Of a stretch of 34,317 nt of DNA, positions 27,835-34,317 are shown in pieces; position 1 is the first letter of the stretch; the number at the start of each line of letters is the position of its first letter. The notes under the pieces are model-generated. The model searched no databases. It had not been told where the DNA came from and worked only from the letters and a program-made list of their open reading frames with translations. Origin of the DNA: Nanobdellota archaeon (GTDB lineage Archaea; Nanobdellota; Nanobdellia; Woesearchaeales; GW2011-AR9); NCBI GenBank assembly GCA_018812355.1, contig JAHJDQ010000122.1, positions 1-34,317 of the forward strand, in the 5' to 3' direction. The translations under genes were made by a program, and so were the position numbers.

Positions 27835-29214
27835 ATGAACTGCATCCTCTTAAGATACGGAGAAATTGGACTAAAAAGTAAAAACACAAGGATTCGTTTT
27901 GAGAAATTGTACACCAAAGCAATTAAAGAAGCACTAAACAGAAACGGAATTAAGAACACAACTATCAAAAATTTGGGCGGACGTTTTGTCATTAACACTA
28001 AAGAAAATATTATTAACATTCTCAATAAAGTTCCCGGCATTCAAAGTATCTCTCCAGCAACTCATTTTTCTTTTAAAGACAAAACAAACCTCTTAAAAAA
28101 AATTAAAAAACTCGCCTCAGAAAAAGTTAAAGGAAAAACCTTTGCTGTAAGAATTAAAAGGATTGGTCAGCACAACTTTACTTCTTATCAATTGGAAAAA
28201 GAAGCTGGCTCTGAACTATATGCTGCCAGTAACGGAGTTAACTTAACCAATCCCGAAATAACGATCAACTTAGAGATCCGAGATAAAGAAGCCTATTTAT
28301 TCACAGAAACAATCGACTGTTTAGGTGGTCTTCCTCCCACTAGTTCAGGAAAAATCCTAACTTTATTCTCAGGCGGGATTGATAGTCCTGTTGCTGCCTA
28401 TCAGATGCTTAAACGTGGTTGTGCAGTTGATTTTTTATTCATCAACCTCATTGAAGAAAAATCATTTAATGATGTTGCTAAGATTTACAATTATTTAATT
28501 TCTCAATATGCTTATAATTACCAACCTAAATTTTATTTAATTGATGGCCAGGAAATTGTTAAGGAAATAAAAGATAAAGTTTCTAGTAATTTAAGACAAA
28601 TTGCTTTGAAAATTGTTTTTTATCAAATCGGTGAAAAATTTAGCGATATTTTAGCAACAGGAGAAGCTATCTCCCAAAAATCTAGCCAAACTCTCCCCAG
28701 TTTAAAAGTAATCTCTTCCCAAACTAACGCTTTAGTGATCAGACCTTTAATTGGCATGGATAAATTAGATATTACAAAAATTTCCCGAGAGATTGGAACT
28801 CTCGCTAGTTCCGAAAAAATCAAAGAACTTTGTAATCTGGCTGATGGTTCTGTTAAAACCGCTCCTAAAGAAAGTGATTTAGCAAAAATTCCTTCTTTTA
28901 CACAATTAATTGATCAAGCAGTCAAAGAAGTACATATTTACGAAGGTATTATTGAAACTGAAGATGAAGTTTTACCAAAATTAAACAATCCCTTGGTGGT
29001 CGATATTAGGCCGAATAAAGAAAAAATCAAGAATACAAAAATAAAAATTCCCTATCCAGAAATCATGGCTCATCTTGATCAATTCAAAAAAAGTAAACAA
29101 TACCTAATTATCTGTGATTTTGGTGTGCAGAGCGATAATCTTGCTTTTGCCTTAAGAAGAAAAGGCATTAAAGCTATTGGAATCAGCTTAAAACATTATT
29201 TAAAGCTTCAATAA
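27835..29214 (+). CDS. thiI: tRNA 4-thiouridine synthase ThiI with C-terminal rhodanese-like domain
   Basis: LRYGEIGLK, THUMP domain, GGLP, PP-loop SGGIDSPVA, TGEA..Q.SSQT, RPLIGMDK, C-terminal VDIR...LIICDFGVQS. Confidence 0.93.
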   Translation: MNCILLRYGEIGLKSKNTRIRFEKLYTKAIKEALNRNGIKNTTIKNLGGRFVINTKENIINILNKVPGIQSISPATHFSFKDKTNLLKKIKKLASEKVKGKTFAVRIKRIGQHNFTSYQLEKEAGSELYAASNGVNLTNPEITINLEIRDKEAYLFTETIDCLGGLPPTSSGKILTLFSGGIDSPVAAYQMLKRGCAVDFLFINLIEEKSFNDVAKIYNYLISQYAYNYQPKFYLIDGQEIVKEIKDKVSSNLRQIALKIVFYQIGEKFSDILATGEAISQKSSQTLPSLKVISSQTNALVIRPLIGMDKLDITKISREIGTLASSEKIKELCNLADGSVKTAPKESDLAKIPSFTQLIDQAVKEVHIYEGIIETEDEVLPKLNNPLVVDIRPNKEKIKNTKIKIPYPEIMAHLDQFKKSKQYLIICDFGVQSDNLAFALRRKGIKAIGISLKHYLKLQ

Positions 29215-29253
29215 ACCATAACAGTTATAAATAAGTAGATTAAAATTCTGAGA

Positions 29254-29718
29254 ATGTCTAAAAACTATCAACCTACTCCACTTGATGCCACTGTTGTCAT
29301 GCTTTCTGCTCTAGAACCAAAGACTAGAGTAACCAATTTGGGTCCACAAATGCAATTTATTATTCTTAAAGAAATTGTCGGTGCTAATATTTCTACACCA
29401 GTTTCCGAGTTTTTTAAGATCAGAAAACCTTGTTTAGAATGTCCCGAAGGAACTTCTTATGATCTTGCTGACGAAAATAATGATCACAACTTAGTTAAGT
29501 CAGTTTATCAGTCTCAAGGCAATCAAAATTTGGGTGGTGTTCTCCATCAAGCCTTAACTGAATTAAGATCAAAAGGAGTATTACAAGTTAGAGGGGCGGA
29601 ATTAGATGTTGATGTTATCAAACCAGGGATCAGAAAAAGAGCGGGAGAATTGGAAAAAATAGTTCCTTCCGAAACTTGCCAATACCTAACTAAATTGGGC
29701 CGCGAGATAAAATATTAA
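29254..29718 (+). CDS. Hypothetical protein (single CxxC)
   Basis: 154-aa ORF filling the gap, TTATAAAT about 22 bp upstream; no family recognised. Confidence 0.6.
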   Translation: MSKNYQPTPLDATVVMLSALEPKTRVTNLGPQMQFIILKEIVGANISTPVSEFFKIRKPCLECPEGTSYDLADENNDHNLVKSVYQSQGNQNLGGVLHQALTELRSKGVLQVRGAELDVDVIKPGIRKRAGELEKIVPSETCQYLTKLGREIKY

Positions 29719-30161
29719 CTACCATTCTTAATCACAGATGATTTATATTTCTCATGCTGATAAGACTGCATTCTTTTAATCTCTGGCTGCAAACCTCTTT
29801 TAGTTAACCCTGTTCTTAACTCATCTTCTTTAATTGAATGATCATAACCTAGACAAACCACCGCTGGTTGTTTCTCAATGATAACTTTAAAGAAATCTTC
29901 TTCATTTCCTAAGACTGCTTCATCAACAATCTTAATATTTTTTACTAATTCCAATCGTTCATCTTCTGAAAATAAAACTTTTTTCTTTAAATTACAATCC
30001 CTCGCAACCACCACAATTAAATAATCCCCAAATTCTTTCGCTTGCTGAAAATAATTTAAATGACCTAAATGTAAAACATCAAACGTCCCAAAACAAATTA
30101 CTTTTCTTTGAAAAATCTTTGATTTTTCTAACCCTTTCTCATTATCGATCGAAAGCTTCAT
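29715..30161 (-). CDS. ribL: Archaeal FAD synthase (cytidylyltransferase family)
   Basis: FGTFDVLHLGH (HxGH), LIVVVARD, ERLELV....VDEAVLG, LGYD, KYKSS. Confidence 0.85.
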   Translation of the reverse strand: MKLSIDNEKGLEKSKIFQRKVICFGTFDVLHLGHLNYFQQAKEFGDYLIVVVARDCNLKKKVLFSEDERLELVKNIKIVDEAVLGNEEDFFKVIIEKQPAVVCLGYDHSIKEDELRTGLTKRGLQPEIKRMQSYQHEKYKSSVIKNGS

Positions 30162-30838
30162 TCTAACCTAGCCTTCTTAACAATCAATCTCGCCGTACAC
30201 TCATTCTCTTCTTTAATTTCAAACTCTTCAATCACTAACTTCTTCTTAAACAGAGGACAATCCATAACTAACGACTCAAACTCGCCACCTTCTCCCGCAA
30301 TATTCAATCCCATTTTCTTATTTAATTCTTTTAATTTTTCTAAATCATTTCCAGTAATAACTTTATTCAACCAACTTTTATCCAAACCATCAGCAGCAAT
30401 ACTGACCAAAATAAATTCAAAATTATAATCTAACAATTCTTGCATTTCTTCTTCCTGTTTTTTGTGCCATAACGGAGAAAGACACTCTAAACTTAAATCA
30501 GCACAAATCTGTTTTATTCTTGAACTTTGATATTCAGAGAATAAAGCCCCTGTAATCATTCCTGCAAATTCAAACTTTGCCTTAGCAGCCATAATAATTT
30601 CTTTTAAATCTATTAATTCTTTTTCTTTCTCTCCTTCCGTACTGCCAATAATATGCGGCAGCTCCATTGCTTCTGCTTGTAATTCTGTTAATTCAATTGC
30701 TGGAGTATGAAACATGTAAGAATCAGGATTATCTGATTGCATTGTAATTAAACAAGTAATTTCATGCCCTTGCTGTAACGCTAAATAAATAGCATAAGTA
30801 CTGTCTTTTCCTCCTGTAAATAAAGCAGCTAATTTCAT
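30158..30838 (-). CDS. Diphthine--ammonia ligase (Dph6)-family PP-loop ATPase
   Basis: LFTGGKDS, NPDSYMFH, GALFSEYQ..R, SPLW, GEGGEFES.V.D.P.F. Confidence 0.9.
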   Translation of the reverse strand: MKLAALFTGGKDSTYAIYLALQQGHEITCLITMQSDNPDSYMFHTPAIELTELQAEAMELPHIIGSTEGEKEKELIDLKEIIMAAKAKFEFAGMITGALFSEYQSSRIKQICADLSLECLSPLWHKKQEEEMQELLDYNFEFILVSIAADGLDKSWLNKVITGNDLEKLKELNKKMGLNIAGEGGEFESLVMDCPLFKKKLVIEEFEIKEENECTARLIVKKARLE

Positions 30839-30860
30839 TCAGATATTTTTGAGGGAACTT

Positions 30861-30868
30861 TTTATAAA
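30861..30868. promoter_or_regulatory. Palindromic TATA box probably shared by the divergent dph6-like and asparagine-synthase-like genes
   Basis: TTTATAAA centred in a 51-bp gap, about 22 bp from each ATG. Confidence 0.6.
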
Positions 30869-30889
30869 TTTATCCGAAATAATCACTTC

Positions 30890-31780
30890 ATGCAAGAGAT
30901 CTGGCTCAAAAACGATGAACTAATCAGTAAAGAAGAATGGGGTAAACTAATCGACAGTTTAAAACATAAAAAGCTCATCCATAAAAAAGAACAAGCTCAA
31001 CAAATTCTTAAAGATAAACTAATCAAAGCAGTTAAACAACGAATTCCACAAGAAAAATTCGGTCTGTTCTTTTCTGGAGGGGTGGATAGTTCTTTCATCG
31101 CCGCCATTTTCAAATTAATGAATAAAGAGTTTGTTTGTTATACTGTCGGCTTTCAAGATGAAACCAAAGAACCAGAAGATGTTACCGAAGCAAAAAAAGT
31201 TGCCAAAAAATTAGGGTTAAAAATACAAACAAAAATCTACAACTTAAAAGAAGTAGAAGAAATTATCAAGAAAACAATTAATATTCTCAAACCAAAACAG
31301 AAAATTGATGTCGTTTCGATTGGCGTGGGAGCAGTTGTTCTCGCCTGTGCTGAAATGGGGATTACACAAAACATCACTACTTTTTTCTCCGGCCTCGGTA
31401 GTGAAGAAATCTTTGCTGGCTATGAACGGCATGATCAGGCTAAGGATATTAACCAAGAATGCTGGCAAGGTTTAAAGTACATGCATGAACGCGATTTAAT
31501 TCGTGATTATACGATTGCTAAGGAACTTAACATCACTATTAAAACACCTTTCTTAGATAAAGAATTGATTGAATATGCAATGACACTTCCTGGAAATTGG
31601 AAAATTGTCAACGACAAAAAAAAAGTCATCTTCAGAGAGATTGCTGAAGAATTCTTGAAAGAATTTGCTTGGCGCAAAAAGAAAGCCGCCCAGTATGGAA
31701 GTTGCTTCGATAAAGCCATCTCTAAACTTGCCAGAAAGAATGGTTTCAAATTCAAGAAGGATTATTTGGAAAGTTTGTGA
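30890..31780 (+). CDS. Asparagine synthase C-terminal (PP-loop) domain protein lacking the glutaminase domain
   Basis: L..AVKQR, FSGGVDSS, SGLGSEEIFAGY, RDL.RD, PFLD, KKAAQYGS; no N-terminal Ntn Cys domain. Confidence 0.88.
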   Translation: MQEIWLKNDELISKEEWGKLIDSLKHKKLIHKKEQAQQILKDKLIKAVKQRIPQEKFGLFFSGGVDSSFIAAIFKLMNKEFVCYTVGFQDETKEPEDVTEAKKVAKKLGLKIQTKIYNLKEVEEIIKKTINILKPKQKIDVVSIGVGAVVLACAEMGITQNITTFFSGLGSEEIFAGYERHDQAKDINQECWQGLKYMHERDLIRDYTIAKELNITIKTPFLDKELIEYAMTLPGNWKIVNDKKKVIFREIAEEFLKEFAWRKKKAAQYGSCFDKAISKLARKNGFKFKKDYLESL

Positions 31781-32878
31781 TCACCTTAAATGAACTTCTA
31801 AAATATCTTGATCGAGTAACTTATGCTTTAACATTAACCTTTGTCCAGGAAACTTCGCACTCTTTCCCCAAACCCGTGCAAATTTAAACCGGGAAGCAAA
31901 ACTCTTATGCGTTTTATCACAAACATCTTTAATTGTTGAACCGCGATAAATAATCATCGGCTCTTTTAAATCCGCTTCTTTGCTTGGTTCTTTCATATAA
32001 ACCCTAATAAAATCAAGTTTTTGAAAAATAATTTCTTTCAATTTTTCTAAATTAATTCCTTCTTCTGCAGAAACTGTTAAGTCAGCATTAACTTGTTTCA
32101 TCACTTCCTTCAGTTTCTTATCGCTTACTAAATCAGATTTACTGACACAAGTAATTGCTGGAAGATACTTCCGATTTAATTCAATACAATCAATAAAATC
32201 ATCTAAATCAATTTTACTTCTAATCAAGACATCGGCATTATTTATTTTAAATTCTCGCAACACTTTCTGTAACGTTTCATCTTCAATATCAATTTTAACT
32301 GTCTTGCCAATTTGAATGCCACCTTTAGACTTTTTCTTAATCCATACTTGTGGTTTTGTTTTATTCAATCTGATCCGTGATTCCCATACTTCCCGAAGAA
32401 TAGCCGGAGAATGTTCTGGATGCTGGACATCCACTAAAATTAATGCTAAATCAGCATTTTGTAAAACCGCTAAAACTTCTTTTCCTCTTCCTCTTCCTGA
32501 AGCCGCTCCCGAAACAATTCCCGGAACGTCTAAAATCTGAATCTTCGCCTGTTTATATTCCATCATTCCCGGAATAACCGAAAGAGTCGTAAAAGCATAA
32601 GCCCCAATTTCTGAATCTTGATTGGTTAATTTATTTAATAAAGTAGATTTCCCTGAAGACGGAAAACCTAACAATAATACTGTTCCATCACCAGATCTTC
32701 TGACAGTATACCCATACTCTGATCTTCCAGTTTTCTTTTGTGAACGTAATTCTTGTTTCCCTTTAAGCTGGGCAATTTTAGCTTTAACAATCCCAATATG
32801 GGCTTGTGTTGCCTTGTTATATTTAGTTTTCTTAATCTCGTCCTGCAACTCTTTGATTTTCTGCTTATAATCAACCAT
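31781..32878 (-). CDS. DRG-family (Obg-like) GTPase with TGS domain
   Basis: KTKYNKAT..HIG..KAKIA.L, GFPSSGKST, YAFTTL, DVPG, ARVWGKSAKFPGQR. Start placed at ATG 32878. Confidence 0.95.
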   Translation of the reverse strand: MVDYKQKIKELQDEIKKTKYNKATQAHIGIVKAKIAQLKGKQELRSQKKTGRSEYGYTVRRSGDGTVLLLGFPSSGKSTLLNKLTNQDSEIGAYAFTTLSVIPGMMEYKQAKIQILDVPGIVSGAASGRGRGKEVLAVLQNADLALILVDVQHPEHSPAILREVWESRIRLNKTKPQVWIKKKSKGGIQIGKTVKIDIEDETLQKVLREFKINNADVLIRSKIDLDDFIDCIELNRKYLPAITCVSKSDLVSDKKLKEVMKQVNADLTVSAEEGINLEKLKEIIFQKLDFIRVYMKEPSKEADLKEPMIIYRGSTIKDVCDKTHKSFASRFKFARVWGKSAKFPGQRLMLKHKLLDQDILEVHLR

Positions 32879-32957
32879 AAGCTTCAATCATCTCTATCCC
32901 TATTTAATCTTTACCTATTTTCGCAATATTTATAAAAGCCGAAATTGCTTTCCCATT

Positions 32958-33512
32958 ATGGCCGATTTAACTAACGTTACTGGTGTTGTGGAAACAGCTC
33001 AATCGTACTTTTACACTATTGCCTACGGTATCATCATTCTCTTAATTGGTTTTGCTTTAGGTATCCTCGCTAAGAAATTACTCAAGAGAGGACTTAAAGA
33101 AATTGAATTAAACAAAATCATGAATAAAGTAGGAGTTTCTTATAATCTTGAGGGAGTAATTAGCTCGATTGTAATGTATTTAATTTATCTCGCCACAATT
33201 ATCATTTTCTTAGATTATTTTAATATTGGCTCAATCGTATTATACATTATCCTTGGCGCTTTGTTAATGCTACTCATTCTTACTTTTTTAGTTGGATTAA
33301 AGGATGTTATTCCGAACTTTGTCGCTTGGCTCTTATTACAAAGAAAAGGCCAAATTAAAGTTGGAAGAAAAGTAGATATCAAAGAAATTTCTGGCGAGGT
33401 TGAAAAAATCGGCTTTTTAGAAACAGAAATCAAAACTGAAAGTGGCGATATTTTGTACGTCCCTAATAATTTATTCTTAAAATCAAAATTTAAACTTAAA
33501 AAAAACAATTAA
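32958..33512 (+). CDS. Small-conductance mechanosensitive channel (MscS) family protein
   Basis: TM helices then KD.I.NF.A, G..V.I....GEVEKIG...TEI....G....VPN. Confidence 0.85.
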   Translation: MADLTNVTGVVETAQSYFYTIAYGIIILLIGFALGILAKKLLKRGLKEIELNKIMNKVGVSYNLEGVISSIVMYLIYLATIIIFLDYFNIGSIVLYIILGALLMLLILTFLVGLKDVIPNFVAWLLLQRKGQIKVGRKVDIKEISGEVEKIGFLETEIKTESGDILYVPNNLFLKSKFKLKKNN

Positions 33513-33523
33513 TCTTTTTTATC

Positions 33524-33581
33524 CACAAAATGAAACAAAGATTTCATTTGTGCACAAAAGTGATATCCTTCACTTTTTGTG
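33524..33581. terminator. Tandem imperfect hairpins between the convergent mscS-like and prefoldin genes
   Basis: CACAAAATGAAA..TTTCATTTGTG and CACAAAAGTGA..TCACTTTTTGTG, two adjacent 29-bp units. Confidence 0.4.
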
Positions 33582-33881
33582 TTTCATTTCTGCCATTACG
33601 GTTTTCTGTAATTCTTCCATATTTTTATTAAGACTTTCTTCTTGTTTTTCAAAATTCTTTAAACGTACTTCTGCCGTCTCTTTTTTTTCTTGAAGATCTT
33701 TCGTAATTTTCTCGGCAGATTGCGCAATCATAATCTTACCAGTAATTTTGTAAGCTTTATCTGTACTTTTTAAATTTTCTAAAGCAGAATTATATTCGAT
33801 TAACTGATTTTGAACTTGTTGTTTCTGTAAAAGAATATTCTGTAAATTTTGCTGCACTAATTGTAGTTGTTGAACACTCAT
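33570..33881 (-). CDS. pfdB: Prefoldin beta subunit
   Basis: QQLQ....LQKQQ, ALE.L....KAYK..G.IMI, L.EKKE..E.R....EKQE; conserved rpl37ae-rpoP-pfdB context. Confidence 0.92.
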   Translation of the reverse strand: MSVQQLQLVQQNLQNILLQKQQVQNQLIEYNSALENLKSTDKAYKITGKIMIAQSAEKITKDLQEKKETAEVRLKNFEKQEESLNKNMEELQKTVMAEMKHKK

Positions 33882-34012
33882 CTTGCTTTAATTTTATTTA
33901 CTGTTCTTCGATCTTTGTAAAGAATTTTTCCGCCACAATAAGGACATCTAATCTTAGTCGTAGTATATTCATCATCAACTTTCTTTCCGCAATCAAAACA
34001 GACGTAATACAT
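33878..34012 (-). CDS. rpoP: DNA-directed RNA polymerase subunit P (Rpo12)
   Basis: 44-aa MYYVCFDCG...IRCPYCGGKILYK.R......AR; true ATG at 34012, just after the rpl37ae stop. Confidence 0.93.
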   Translation of the reverse strand: MYYVCFDCGKKVDDEYTTTKIRCPYCGGKILYKDRRTVNKIKAR

Positions 34013-34013
34013 C

Positions 34014-34205
34014 TTAGATAGTGTAAGCTTTACCAGCAAACTTAACCTCACATTTGTTACAATGCCAAATTCCCGCAGCAATCCTTTTCACAGCATCTTT
34101 ATTACAATAAGGACATTTATGTTTACCTCGTTGTAGTATTTCTACCTGAGCTAACTTCTTCTTCGTCCTTCTTCCGTATCTTGCTCCAAATCGTTTTGTA
34201 GGCAT
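34014..34205 (-). CDS. rpl37ae: 50S ribosomal protein L37Ae (eL43)
   Basis: RFGARYG, CPYC...VKR.AAGIW.C.KC...FAG.AY. Confidence 0.96.
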   Translation of the reverse strand: MPTKRFGARYGRRTKKKLAQVEILQRGKHKCPYCNKDAVKRIAAGIWHCNKCEVKFAGKAYTI

Positions 34206-34229
34206 GTTTAATCTCTCTTAATTATAAAA

Positions 34230-34301
34230 TGGGGCCGCGAGGATTTGAACCCCGGTCCAAAGGTCCCAAACCTTCGATGCTGACCACTACACTACGGCCC
34301 C
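34230..34301 (-). tRNA. tRNA-Pro(TGG), intronless, CCA not encoded
   Basis: GGGGCCG/CGGCCCC+A, D loop AGTGGTCA, anticodon arm GAAGG-TT TGG GA-CCTTT, T arm CGGGG-TTCAAAT-CCTCG. Confidence 0.96.
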
Positions 34302-34317
34302 ATAGCGTATTTATAAA

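Noticed and set aside
2796-33508. Antisense or nested short ORFs in the track (e.g. 6501-6806, 9892-10197, 16362-16985, 19856-20155, 25897-26187, 32316-32935)
   Set aside because: They are shadows of well-supported genes, with Phe/Ser/Leu-rich antisense composition and no motifs.
33878-34081. 67-aa version of RpoP
   Set aside because: The extension overlaps rpl37ae; the family starts at ATG 34012.
1-34317. CRISPR array, rRNA, transposase, provirus or known defence system
   Set aside because: No regularly spaced repeats or recognisable hallmark genes were seen.

Overview
AT-rich archaeal chromosomal segment, most consistent with a DPANN archaeon such as a Woesearchaeote. This is inferred from RadA, PCNA, Rpp21, RpoP, eL43, prefoldin beta, archaeal RNase J, TATA-box promoters and BHB tRNA introns, alongside bacterial-type gyrase and metabolic genes. 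It holds about 40 mostly housekeeping CDSs and two complete tRNAs: Leu-CAA with a D-loop intron, and Pro-TGG. No CRISPR array or transposase was seen. The most unusual features are: (1) an orphan tRNA-Leu-like 3' half with a canonical bulge-helix-bulge intron in its T-loop and no 5' half in cis, just downstream of tRNA-Leu; (2) a LAGLIDADG intein inserted right after the catalytic Tyr of GyrA; (3) an in-frame TAG splitting PEP synthase; (4) an intergenic structured RNA hairpin between two catalytically degenerate enzyme homologues; (5) a three-gene coiled-coil operon with a shared motif; (6) a small putative ssDNA-binding protein co-transcribed with radA behind a repeat-rich leader. All calls come from motif recognition by eye; no database searches were run.
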